DNA of 64,000 nucleotides, from assembly GCA_047495785.1 (NCBI GenBank), contig JBLDXI010000024.1, positions 1,426,001-1,490,000 of the forward strand. Direction: 5' to 3'. A program made the translations under genes and the position numbers. Source of the stretch: Lepidodermella squamata. Taxonomy: Eukaryota > Animalia > Gastrotricha. Below the pieces are notes generated by a model. That model did no database searches. It was given only the letters and a program-made list of their open reading frames with translations, and was not told the origin of the DNA. Each line of letters opens with the position of its first letter. Within the stretch, counting starts at the first letter, position 1. Positions 31,951 to 44,990 of the stretch are shown piece after piece.

Positions 31951-33324
31951 TTAAACAATGTCGTAAGCTTTGATAGATCCAGCGAAATTTCCAGATACGA
32001 AAATAGTGCGGTTATGATAGGCAAGGAAACTCGCAGTTTCGTCAGTTCTAACAGCTAGACGACCTGAATTTTTTTCGAAAACCAATAAGCCGCTACTTGA
32101 CCTAGCCATCACGTAATCATTAGTAACAAACGGCTGACCTGCGCAATTATCAGGGCATTTATAAAGTAGGTCACGCTGGCCGGTTGAAATGTTATAGGCC
32201 CGAACGCTGTCCATGCAGGTCAAAAAAGCGTTAACGCCGTCAGTTGCTGGCGTGGTGTCGGTGTTGAATATCCAATCGCAGACTTCGCTGTACCACATTA
32301 ACGGATGCTGGCCTCTTGAATTGTCGTACCAAACGCCGGCGAGTGACGTGTTTGACATGGTCATAGTTACAGCGGCTAATGCGACTCCGGTCGCGGCTAT
32401 AGGCACCCAGTTTGCCGACGCTCCGAGGTTATTAGATTTTAAAACCGTAGACCAGAGCACGCGCCCTTGAAATATTAGAATTAATGAAAATTAACAATTA
32501 ATTAAAAATAAGATTCAAAAATGAATAAAAAAATCCAGCTTAAAAATATGAATTTTCGAAATTTTACCTGTTACGGGATCAATTTCTCCGAGTTGAGCTT
32601 GATTTTTGTTGCCAAGACCAGACGAGAAAAGCACCCGGTTGTCTTTATTTATAGCTGTAAATGCCCAACTATCCGGCGCTGAAGTAGTCCCGAACAAGTT
32701 AGTTTGGAAAACAACTGAAGAATTTGCGGCGCTAATTCCAATACCCTGGCTCCGTGTTATTCCACACGGGGCGTAGATCAGGCCAAGCGATTTCGTTGTA
32801 ACGACTCCGTAAGGAAAGCTACCAGTGGACGGTTGGTACGGGTAGTTGGGTGATACCCATCTGATATCACATGTGTACTGATTTAGGGACATGACAAAAG
32901 TACCCCAGCTGTCGGATGTGCTCTGGAGTAGGACGAAATTATCGACACCGATCGATGGAGCGCTAAATCCGAATTGAGGATTCAGTTCACAAGTCTGTAT
33001 CACCTGGCCATTCGTTTCATTCAGAACGTAGAGGATGTTCATCCAAGACAGCATTGAAATAACGGTTCCGTTGAAAACGATTGGCGTGGTAAAAGTTGTA
33101 CCTGGCGAGGCAGTTGTATTCCATCTCAACTTTAGACCATTAATTGGGCCGAGAGTCTCGTTTCTAAACCCGATGTGGTCATCGCCTCCGCCAAATGCAG
33201 TCCATTCGAGGAGGGTGTCTTGTTCTGATGACAATTTCTCCCGGTTATGGGAGCCAGCCAGAACCTGGTGATAAAGAAGTGAAAATACGGTAAAGCTTAG
33301 AATCAGCTTGGTAAAATTTGGCAT
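31951..33324 (-). CDS. Secreted PQQ-like (BamB-type) beta-propeller protein, two exons
   Basis: Signal peptide; WTAFGGGDDHIGF, LKLRW, TTPIVFNG, LYVLNETNGQVI, IDPVTG|RVLWS, FEKNSG, IKAYD. Intron 32567-32466 joins ORFs 32515-33324 and 31951-32460 in frame. Confidence 0.72.
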
Positions 33325-36300
33325 TTTATCGTAATTAAAAGGTGTTAATAGAGCTTATCTGAAGGGTTAAAAAGCCTTATCTGTATATTAAGTGAACTTG
33401 TGGGAAGAACTATTAAGGCTCACAGGTGATAATTTTAAGGTGTAATTTGAGACATGAGTATATTGATGACTAAGACGACATGAAAACTGACGTTTACTGA
33501 AATGACAATTGAAAGCTCTTATTTTTGCCAAAGCCATCATTTCTTCCGGGTCTAGAAAAATCAGGAAAAACTTGATTTTTTTTGAAATTTTCAGAACATA
33601 AGGAGGGGCCTATATCAGATAGCTGTGAAAATGTCTGGGATTTTTTGCATTTTACCCTGATTTTATAAAAATATTTGAAGGTATGGGTAAATTTGGACAC
33701 CAGAATGTTAATTTAAACACCTCATTAGCATATGCACAATTTTATTGAAACGCGCACATCTGTATTTTTTCATAAAATTATTTCGCTTTAATTAATAACT
33801 TTCGGCTCGCCTGTACCGAATTCTAGCGGAATAAAGTTATATTTTTCAACCCGCCGACAGTTCAAGGCGGTATTAGCTTGGGATAATAATTTCATTCCAC
33901 CTTTCTTGCGGATTGTCTAAGGCGGACCTCTCTTCTCTCTTCAATTTTTCTTGATTGTCCAAATTGATTGCGTCCAATTTTAACCAGCGTTGCGGTATTC
34001 GTCGATACACGTCAATGATTCATCGCATTTAAAATTGCCCCGAACTTTCGACCGGACAAAAGTTCATTTTTAAGAAAAACAAGTGATAAGGCATTTAAGA
34101 AACTTTTTTAATGCTATTTTGCCCTCTTTCTATAATGGACTAGGTGTTTGACATGTATACAATGTGTATAAACTCGTGAAAACATGAAAAAATTCACGTG
34201 TAAAACTTTAATCATTGCTGAAATGATGCAAGATAACGGACTAGAAACAACGGCTATAAAAAGCCGAGGGCACAGGTACCGGCAGGCGTAGAAAAAAATC
34301 AAGCCAATACTGCAGTTCACTTCAAGTTTCCTAGCTAAAATTCTACACAAATTTCTGCTAACACAAGAAAAATGGCAGCAGGTATGCTTATACTCCAAGG
34401 AAATTCACCCTTTTTGCAACTTTTCTTGATTTTCAGGCGCAAATTTACAACAGGACGGCGATGAAAAGCAGGCTAAAGATGCTGATGAGAAAAGCGTCGT
34501 TGTTCAAATTCCAGAAAAAGAGCAAATTGAGGAGGTGGCTGAGTCGAAAACTGCATCCGTAGAGCCGCCGCCCATCGGATTTTTCCAAGTCGTACGTTAT
34601 TCGCCACTATATCATTACTTTTTCATTAATTTTTTCTAAAATAGTTTCGATACGCCTCTGCACTTGACATTGTCCTGTTGATTTTTGGAACCCTCGGAGC
34701 CATGGCTCATGGGTGCGTTAACCCACTGATGGTCTATGTGCTTGGCTTAGTTATCGATGATTTCGTAAATCCAGGAGTGAGTCTTGAGTGCTGAACCCCT
34801 GAAAACATACTATAATGCTCGGTTTTTCAGCGTCTTTGTAATACAACGGAAGTTCCGATCTCGTCTAATCTAACTGTGGGTGAGCAGGATGCAGCAACAA
34901 TGGCTGAGATGCGAACTGCCCAGGCTAGAATCACTCAACTTTCTATTTATTTTGCAAGTAAGCTCGAAATCGTCTTAAAATAAACCGAGATGTCTAACTT
35001 CGATCTTATGCAGTCATTGGGGCAGTATCTTTCACTGTTTCCTTCGTGCAATCCTACTTCTGGAATGTATCCTCCGAAAACCAAATGCTTCGGATTCGGA
35101 AGCTGTACTTCAGATCTCTTCTACGGCAAGACATCTCGTGGTACGATAAACAGGACGCAGGAGCTTTAACAACCCGTTTTGCTGACGACGCCGGGCAAAT
35201 TCAAAATGGCATTGGCGATAAACTTGGCAGTTTCATCCAAAATCTCAGCTGTGTTATTGGCTGTGTCGTAATTGGACTGGTCATAGGTTGGCAACTCTGC
35301 TTAGTCACAATCACTATGCTACCGGTTAGCTGCTTCTTGACCTATCTGATGTTTAAGGTGGCGTTCTCCCGGTACACTGCTGAAGCTAATGCTTATGCTA
35401 AAGCTGGATCAGTCGCGCAAGAAGTTCTTCAAAGCATTCGAACTGTCACAGCTTTTGGTCGGCAGAGGGAAGAGATCGACCGATACACGGCACATTTAGA
35501 GGATGCCAAAGTAGTTTCGTCCAGGAGTGGGTTTTACCAGGGCCTGATCACCGGTGTGACTTACTTCTTCCTGATCGCTATGTACACCCTTGGTTTCGGT
35601 TATGGGGCGTACTTGATCAGCCAGCCCGGGTCTGGTTATACTATCGGCAAATGTCTAACGATAGTCTTCGCCCTTCTCAATGGAACTTTCTGCTTCGGAA
35701 CTTCGTTTGGATCAATTCAAGCCTTTGCTGCCACAAGATCGGCTGCGAGCCGGATATTCGCCACAATTGAACAAATGCCGACGATAGACGTGTACGCCGA
35801 AACAGGGCTGAAATGCGAGAAAACTTCATTCAAAGGAAGAATCGAATTCAAAGACGTGTCATTTCACTACCCAGCCAGGGCTGATGTTCCTATTCTGAAG
35901 AGGGTCGCTTTAACCGTGGAGCCTGGAACTACTGTAGCTCTAGTTGGATCTAGTGGCTGCGGGAAATCTACGATTATCCAGTTGATTCAAAGACTTTATG
36001 ATGCTGTCGAAGGATCGGTTGAATACGACGGACGGAACATCAAGGACTACAACATAACTTCCCTTCGATCGATGATAGGCATAGTTAGCCAAGAGCCGGT
36101 ACTTTTCAATACGACAATTGCTGAAAACATCCGATACGGTCTATCAGACGGATTAGTCTCACAATTTGATATTGAGCAAGCTGCCAAACTTGCGAATGCC
36201 CATGACTTCATTTCGAAACTACCGAAAGGATACGAGACTCTTGTTGGAGAGCAAGGTGCGCAGTTGAGTGGTGGTCAGAAGCAACGAATCGCTATAGCTA

Positions 36301-38078
36301 GGGCTTTAGTCCGAGATCCAAAGGTCCTTCTTCTCGACGAGGCAACTTCTGCGTTAGACACTGAGTCGGAGGCTATTGTTCAAGACGCGCTGGACAGAGC
36401 CCGAGAGGGTAGGACGACTATCGCCATAGCCCATCGCCTTTCTACAATCATCAATGCTGATAAGATCATCGTTATGAATGCTGGAGAAGTTTTCGAAGTA
36501 GGAACTCACAATGAATTGTTGTCGAAGCAAGGAATCTACGCGAAATTGGTCGCCGCGCAACATAGCAGTGCCATCGGCGAGAAAAATGCAATGAGTGCTC
36601 AGGAGCATCGCAACGCGTTGGTCAGGGCGAGAACATCAGCCCGAGAACTGGAAGCACTAGCAAAATCCGCTGAACCTGAAACGGCGGCTGCCAAGAACGA
36701 GGATGAAGACAAAACTGACAAGGAAAAGCTGGTGAAGAAACACTTTTCGATCTTACGGCTATGGAAAATGGCGTCGAATGAAGCTTTTTTCTTCCTTATG
36801 GGCTCCTTTGGTTCAATCATTTGCGGAATCATTTGGCCGTTGTATGCGATCATTTGGTCAAGGATTTTAACAGCTTACGAGATTTGCGACCCTAACGAAG
36901 CCTTCAATCGAGCTTTGATGTTCTCCCTTCCCTAGTAATAAAATTGGGTAACATGATCATGCAAGAAATGTATATGATCTGGAACAGAATCCATAATATC
37001 TCGTGAAGAAATTATGTGATCTCGTCGCAGGTTATTACGATCGCGCGGGATCTTGTGCCCCCAGATGTACCATCGTGCAACTTCTTGTGCAAACCTGTGC
37101 ACGATCTTGAAAGTTCTTGCATGTTCTCGCAACTTCCCGCAAGTTCATTGGAGATCTTGTGTAGAACCTGCAAGTCTTAGTAATTCTTGCACTTTTCTTG
37201 CATTCCGGTTGCTCTGGATACTCAGCCCCATATGTCCCATATTTGTCCCACCTACAATCCACAATTAACACTCAAATTGATTCACTTTTCGTAATTTTTT
37301 ATTCGAGTCCATCAAATAGGCAATAAAATTGATTGAACGAATCAGGAAAAAGAAATAAATTGCCGCAAAAGTTCGGCCAAATGTTCAACGAGAACATATT
37401 AGCGAGAGATTGTCGTAGCACAGGTCGATTACCACACCATTCCTTGTGGAGTGTTCGATTTATCTTGGCCCGAGTTGGCGTGATGACGTCCGCGGCTTTT
37501 TGATCCAAGTTGAAGTTGCACCCATTCTTCATAAAAACTGAAAAATATCAGATCGAGGAAAAGAATCGGCAATGAATAAGAATAATAACTTACTCATCCA
37601 CAAAGGACGCCTTCTCAGGTCCAGGAAATGATGATCGGTGACAGCAGGTCAGAACAATCAGACAGGCTCTTTGCGATTCCTCACTTTGCACCAGGGCTAA
37701 AGTACACCCGAACAGGCCACCGCTGCAACTCACCAACTTGTTGAATAACACGGAGAACTGCAAAACAGGGCAATTATTATTTTCAATTATGAGCGAAATT
37801 CAACTCACCAATTGGCTAGAGAAGCAAATTCCATGGAAAACAGGAAAAATAAATAAATAATACCTAAAACCTAGATAAAGGAAACGATCAAGATATGCGG
37901 AAATTTCTCTGCTCAGGTTGAATAAATTCAGGTAATTTCAGATTGAATGAAAGCGTCAACAAAAAAAACATAAATAAAACTCAAATTTGAATCAATGAAA
38001 AATTATCAGCAGAGTCAGAGTCAGCACAATCAGTAATGCGCGTCATCGTTTCGGCTCTCTGGCTATCCGTAACGGGGC

Positions 38079-39005
38079 TCACTTGCGCTTTTTGTCCTTG
38101 AGCTTCTGCGCAACAGCAATCGCCATTTCCGCCAGCTGCGCACGAGTAATGGTTACCTCTTCGTTCTTTTCCAACTGTGAAATTACGTGGTGGCCAATTG
38201 CTTTCTTCAACTCAAGTGAATCCTGCGCTTTCAGGTCGCGCCCCAACTGGTTTACTGACGCTACAGCCTCCCAATACTTGTCGTTTGACATATCCTGCCC
38301 GGCGTAGATTTCCTTCATGAGAATTTCTGCAAGAAAGCTGTTTAAAATAGCCAAATTTATAGACTAGAAATACTTTTCCACAGGCTGGTCCGTTCTTTGT
38401 CGAGAGGCGGACGATCATCGGGGCGGGTGACTCGTGGCAAAAGCATTTTTTCCACCAGCTCGGCAGGCGTCCATAGTTGTTGAGCCAGCGCTCGCCCCAC
38501 GTCAGCAACGGCGGGTTTACTTCCAGCGGTGTCTTGCACGTTTGAAATAATGTTTTCACCATTGTGCATCTGAAGAAAAAAATGATCAACATGAAAACGG
38601 AACAATTATGATCAAGAAGCCGTGCGTAACACTATCAATGTTAAGCCATCTGAAAAAATAAGTAATGAAGAGAGACAAACGTACGAATGAGCCATTAAAG
38701 TTCGGGTTGAGTTTAGAAGAGCGGCGTGTTTCTGAGGACGACTTTTTAGGATTTTCTTTATCTTCGGTCTCCGAGTCGGACTGGATCACCCTGCGCTTCG
38801 TCTGCTTTCCTGATGTTTCGCGGGCTGAAGTAGTCGCCTGCTCCGTTTCCACAGACTGATAAATTAAAATGAGATTAGTTGTCAAAGTTGCTCTTGAAAT
38901 TACCTTTTGAATATTCTTTACTCTCTGCATAAAAGAGTTTCCAGCAGCAAAGAAATTACCTCCACGCATTTGAGAGCTCTCAGGCGATGAGTCGTCGCGG
39001 CCCAT
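38079..39005 (-). CDS. Accessory spliced gene(s) of the transposon, with a GRF-zinc-finger-like motif
   Basis: ATG 39005 (MGRDDSSPESS), S/E/K-rich exon, then CFCHESPAPMIVRLSTKNGPACGK and a helical ORF ending KLKDKKRK. Exon joins not fully resolved. Confidence 0.45.
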
Positions 39006-39197
39006 TCTAGTGATGATCACGATGATAACGAAATAACACACTAAATATCGCTGATGAAAATAAGGTTTAAATAGTGTAATTTTGCCGAACAAGTTACTCA
39101 AATTTTAAAAATAGTATATAAAAAACCAGCGACCAGTATAAGCAAGTAATATAAGTATCAAATTTGCGACATCGTTCATCTCTATAAGTGTCACTCG

Positions 39198-42195
39198 CTA
39201 GCACTCCTCGTCCAGGTGCCACGGAACAGCGTAAAATGGCGCATCTTGATCACCAGATGGTATGAGAACTACTCTCTCGCGAAGTTGGTCAACCCGAACA
39301 ATAACGAAGGGTTCTTCGCGGTTTTCCTCTACATTAGATAACTGATAAGCTCTGCAGCATTTGCGAGAATCATTGCTGGGATCCATAAGGACTAGAAGTA
39401 AATTAGAGCGCAACTCCTTGCAACCGCGTAGCTCAACGTCCGCATTTGACATGAATTCAACAAAATCAGTCATGATTGCCGGCCCAGCAACCTCTTGGTA
39501 GTAATGAACGATTGCGAACACGACGCCATTCATACGAAAAAAGCAGACAGATTCGCCGACAAACTCGACACAACCGAGCTGGACAATATGAGCGAAAGAC
39601 CTCGGGAGTTTTCGCTTGGCACCGCGATTTAGCAACCGACCGTCGTATCGCTGATGCGCATGAATGGTAGTAGCGTAAAATTGGGTTGTGATAGGGACTA
39701 TATCGAGATCGAATTTGGTCATAAAGGCAACAATCGCTTGACGGGGAATATTCGAAGTATCCAGTAAATTTCGCAATTCACCTTCGTTATCAATCGCCAA
39801 GGGTTGGTGAGTGAGCTGGAAAAAGCTAAAGCGCCTAACAATCTGGCCAGCTTGACCCCTGGTTCCGTTAAAAGCCCTTGTGAACCAACTGAGTGCACCC
39901 TCGGCAAAGAAGACGGAAAACCAGCCCAACGCTCCGTGACGCAAAACAGCTGGGGGAAGGTGGTCAAGGCAGTGTAAAAGAAATGTTTCAGCTTTAACAC
40001 CACCAAGAAGTCTCGGATAGCACTTGCGGAATGAATCGACTAGAGCCCACGCAGCCGCAACGTTGGCTTCCTTCCGCTCCTGTTCAACCACATCGTCGTA
40101 ATCTAGCATCAGTCGCATAGCGATTTGAAACGTAAGAATCAGAAGTAGGTAAGGAGGTGACAACTCCTGTTTCAGTAGCGAAGGGCCAATCGTAACGCTT
40201 AGCAGCTTCGCTTGTTTTGCTTTCAGTGATGAGTTCATATTTTTGGCAAAAGAGTCGAGTCGAGTATCGCACAGCTGAGCTGGCAAACGTATTTCTTGCA
40301 AACGAGCTTGAATGCTTGCTCGATCTTCTAAGCCAATAATGTCTTCATGCGATAACATGTTCTTGAACATTCCTTTGCCAACGCCTTCAACTGCGACATG
40401 AAATGGATCAGGCGGTGCATCGGCAGCTAATTGCATTCGATATTTGAAATGAAGAACATTCCGACACGGCCTGCAGCCTAAATACGGCCCTGGCTGATTT
40501 TCATCAAGTAACCGAGCTCCGATTTCAGCTATTTCATTCGGTTCACGTGATCGATATATGCGCTGGATGCGATATTCAAACTTCCAAGCGCGTGAATCAG
40601 CATGATATGCGCCAGGTTGCTCACAGTCGGGACACGCGAATTCACCATTGAAATGAACCATTGACAAAGCATCCGCTCTGGCCGGCGAATCTCCAACAAA
40701 TAATTCGAACTTGATGGTAACTCGAAATACAACTCCCGGGGCGAAACGCATGACTTTTCCAAGGCTAGCATCGCCAGTATCTGTATAGTCGAGAAATTCG
40801 TCAACGCTAAGCAATGATGCGAATAAAAGCCGTTGCATGTCTGGTTTGTGAGAACCCTGCCATAATCCCAGCTGGAACAGTGAACCCGGATGGAAACGGC
40901 AATGCTTTGGTAAATTCGTGCAGCTAGCAACAACAGGCCAAATACTGATGCCATTCTTTGAGCCAATTGGAGCGCCGTCAGCATTAAGGCGCAGTTTCAC
41001 AACGACGTGAGGCACATAGCTGGATGACTCCTTCTTCCGAAATAGCGGGTCTTCGATTTTTAGTTGCTCGTTCAACTTGATCATATAGTACTTAAGGACG
41101 ACCAGCAACTGCCATCGGAAAGACGGCAAGACGAGATGTGCTACTTTAGCGGGTCGAGGCTGTCGATCTGAGCAATCTTCAATCGGACACATTCCTTCGT
41201 CGTCCAAAATTTCTGTGTGCAGCGAGCACATTTTGATATTCGCAGGCACAGCATGCAAAAATCGGCGCTTTATCTCCATATTAAACCTATAAGCAAAATT
41301 AAACCTATGATACTTGAACGAAGATAGGTACTTTAAAGCTCAAATACCTGTGTAAAGACGGTGGTAAGTAAACACCTTGTCTCTTGTACTTGAGGAACAT
41401 CGAAATCAAGTCGGTCATCATTGAATTGGCTGGGCCATATTTTTGTTGGAACTGCCACAAGTCGCCAACCAGGTTGTTCTGACCGCTGGTATCGAAAGCT
41501 CTAGCAGCTTTCACGATAGTTCTGTAATCAAACTCAACGACGCTGTCGTAGCCATCGTTGCAGTGAGCAGCATTCGTCGAATCAGAGTCTGACGATGTGA
41601 CATCGCTCCAGCTGGATGACAGAGAAGAATCAAAGTTAGACTCTCCAGATGCTGATGACGATGATGATGACGAAGAAGAAGGGAGGGAGGGCAAAGTTCG
41701 GAAAGACGGAGGATAAATCGAAGAACCTTAATGTATAAAAATAAAACTTGAATTCAACCAAATTCCTAATTAGATTCATTTATTACCGAGCGACGACTGC
41801 AAGTTGATAGTTTGGGACCCCAGATCAGCTCCAGTTAGAGTAATGAGCGGATGATAAGATTCAGCTGAAAACGCCGACGCCTGCGAAACAGCTAGAAAGC
41901 CTGCAGAGTGCTGAGAGCCGTTTAGAGAATGAGTAGCCACAAGTTGCGCTGAAGATTCTACTGAATCAGTGGGCTTCTTACGGGATACACGCTTTCTACG
42001 TTTGCTTCTGCGGTATTGCTCACCTGAGTCTGAGTCATCGGAAATTTGACTATCAAAGCTTTGCTCAACACTTCGTTTTCGACGTTTTCGCAAACAAACA
42101 CGGCGTCGCTTCCGACAAGGCTCACTATCAGCAGAGCTAGGTGACTGGGATTCGCCTTCAGGCGACGAACCTTCTTCGGATGAGATGGACGACAT
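39198..42195 (-). CDS. EnSpm-type (TnpD/Tnp2-like) transposase, three exons
   Basis: Exons 42195-41787, 41726-41348 and 41286-39198 total 2877 nt in frame. Motifs LNADGAP..SIWPV..NLP..RF..LGLW.G..KP, GDSPARA..HFNGEFACPDC, DPFHV..EGV, HCLDHL..HGAL..FSVFFAEG. Confidence 0.88.
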
Positions 42196-44990
42196 TAATC
42201 ACAAAAATCTAAAGGATGCGAAAATAACAGCAGTCGGGTTTATGGCTTGCGCGGTTGCATTGAAGATAGCAGAATAAGTTGAATGATAAGCAATCAACGA
42301 TGAATGGTTAAGCGAATTTGAATTCTATTAACCGCTTTAACTAATAACTAATCATTATCCGAAGACCAAACAACGGAGTTTAACGGCTGGAAAATGTCGA
42401 TATCGCGGGCAAGTGCAAATCTAGGCAGACAAGACCAAAATAAATCACGACAGAAGGAAAACGATAAGAGTAACGGACTTGAAACCTAAAAATTCGAAAA
42501 GCTCGCAAAAAACTACCATAGAACATGACGAAGAAAACAGCTGCACAGTGATAAGGCAGGCTGAAACCAAAACAGAACAAAAATAAAGCTGATCGCAGTT
42601 CATTAAGGCGGACTTTTCACTTCTTCGATCGCGTCAAAAAAGCGCCAATTTTTGAATTCTTGATGTCATGTTCAAATACTCTTGTGTAAATAAATAATAC
42701 ATTTTTCAGTGTCAAATTTATTTAAATATATTTAACGCAAAAGTTTAATACATTTCAATCGTACTTTACGTAGCAGGAAAAGCGGGACATCTCTCTCTCG
42801 TCCTTGCACGTTTTTTGTCATTTCTTTATTATTTCACTGTGAGAAAACGAGAGTACAAGTCCCATCGCTACAGCTGCATCTTGTTCACGATAAAATTAAA
42901 CATCATTTCTGCGTCGCTCAGAGGGTGAACACTTATGCTGAGATGGTGCAAGATCTTATATCTTGGCATTACGATAGTGACAGATCTTACTTAGACGGTG
43001 AACAACCTGATCAAGATCATCCACTTTCTTATGTCATCTCGGTATGTTCTTTCACGATCCCACGTATGAACTAACAAGTTCTTGTAGAATTCACTCATGA
43101 TCGTGTGCACTGTCAAGATTATACAAGATCTTGCATGATCTTGTGTAGGACTTTTTTACTAGGGTTATTATGCTTGTTATCGCATTCGGAGCTTTTGTCG
43201 GCTATACCCTTATGATGTGGATGTTTGCTGTTGGTGGGGAGAGATTGGTACTTCGAGTTCGAAAAATGGCTTTTACAGCTATGTTGAAACAAAACATGTC
43301 TTGGTATGATCGGGAAGAGAATTCACCTGGAGCTTTAACCACTCGTCTATCCACTCAAGCTACGGCTTTGAAAGACGCTACAGGGGGTCAAGCGGCTCAA
43401 CTTGTCCAAGTAGCAGCTGGTTTAGTTGGAACTCTTGTAATTTCGTTATACCACGAATGGCGAATCAGCTTGATCATGCTATGTTTTGCACCGATTGCAG
43501 TGATAAGTACAATCGCTGTTACTATGATGATGGGCGATAGTGTTGCTCAAAACAAGTTCATTGAGCAAGCTTCAAAGGCCTTGGCCCAATCAACCACCAA
43601 CATTCGAACAGTTGCTTCTTTGGGTCTTCAAAAACGATTCATCGACCTTTTCACAGCGCCACTGGTTATTCGTAACAAGAAGCAGTTGGTTAAAGCGCTG
43701 GTTCAGGGTGTTTGTTTCGCGTGTCTTGAAGCAAGTTTCCTGTTCGCCTATGCGGCTGGGTTCTACGCTGCATCTGTGTTCATGTTTGAATGGGGCGCTA
43801 CGTCCTCGTTTACTGGGACTTTCACCGCAACAATTGCTATCATGTTCAACTCGTACTTCATCGGTAACGCGACAGCTTTCGCCCCAGATCAAGCTAAAGC
43901 TCGACTTGGCGTTGCTGAAATTTTCAAAATGCTCGACGAAACACCGGCTGTAAATTGGGAAAATACCGACAGAACTAGCCCGGTTAGCTTTGAAGGCAGC
44001 GCCGCTTTGGAAAACGTTGAATTCCGCTATCCAACCCGCCCAACGGCGAAAATTCTCCGCGGTCTGAATCTGGACATTAAACCAGGTCAAACCTATGCGT
44101 TAGTCGGCGCGAGTGGTTGCGGCAAGTCGACTGTCATACAATTGCTAGAGCGGTTTTACGAACCTGAGAGCGGTATTGTTAGACTGGATGGCCACAAAAT
44201 GTCTAATTTGAACATTGCCTGGTCTCGAGGCAAGATGGCCCTAGTCTCGCAGGAACCGATGTTATTCGACCGGACCATTGCTGAGAACATTGCCTACGGC
44301 GCTTCTGGAGTTGCGACGAGCAGTGTTTCGCAGCAAGACATTGAAAACGCAGCTAAAATGGCGAATATTCACGATTTTGTTAGCAACCTACCCGATGGCT
44401 ACAACACGAAAGTTGGCGAGCGGGGCGGCCAGTTGAGCGGTGGGCAGAAACAACGTATTGCCATAGCTCGAGCTCTGATTCGCCAGCCGAAATTGCTACT
44501 CCTTGATGAAGCAACCTCGGCGCTAGATTCTGAAAGTGAACGCGTAGTTCAAGCCGCATTGGATAAGGCAAGAGCGGGTCGAACCGTTGTTGTCATCGCT
44601 CATCGCCTGTCAACTATCGAAAATGCTGACGTTATCGCTGTGATTGAAAATGGCGTTGTCAAGGAGCTGGGTAAACACAGTGATTTAATCGAATTGAAAG
44701 GCATTTATTTCGGACTATGGTCAGCCCAATCTCTTGCTTCAGCTTAAAATTAGAGTTGTACAATAAAATCGAGAGGCATCGTTGTATTTATTGTCAAATT
44801 TTTCCTATTTTCTTTTCCTCCAACAAATTTCAACCACATTTAGATTGAAAGATCAGGGTATTCAAATTCTGCTAAAATTGATAAAATCGTTCAGCTGCAG
44901 TGCGTTCAAATTGTATAATATGAAAAACGATGACAACCACGTGAAAAATTAAGGCAAAATAATTTCTGTCTGTACAGCGATTGTTCTGCA

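Larger units (their letters stand above)
36930..43164 (-). mobile_element. EnSpm/CACTA (CMC) superfamily DNA transposon, 6235 bp, apparently full length
   Basis: TT|CCCTAGTAA...TTACTAGGG|TT (CCC termini, 2-bp TSD); subterminal GATCTTG/CAAGA repeats at both ends; internal transposase. Confidence 0.92.
34372..44747 (+). pseudogene. ABCB1/P-glycoprotein full transporter, interrupted in an exon by a transposon (36930-43164)
   Basis: Small 5' exons from ATG 34372. TMD1-NBD1 (GSSGCGKST, LSGGQKQRIAIARAL, LLLDEATSALD) runs to 36929; the rest of TMD2 and NBD2 (GASGCGKST, LSGGQKQRIA) run 43167-44747. Removing the element and one TT copy restores MFSL-IMLVIAF in frame. Confidence 0.92.
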
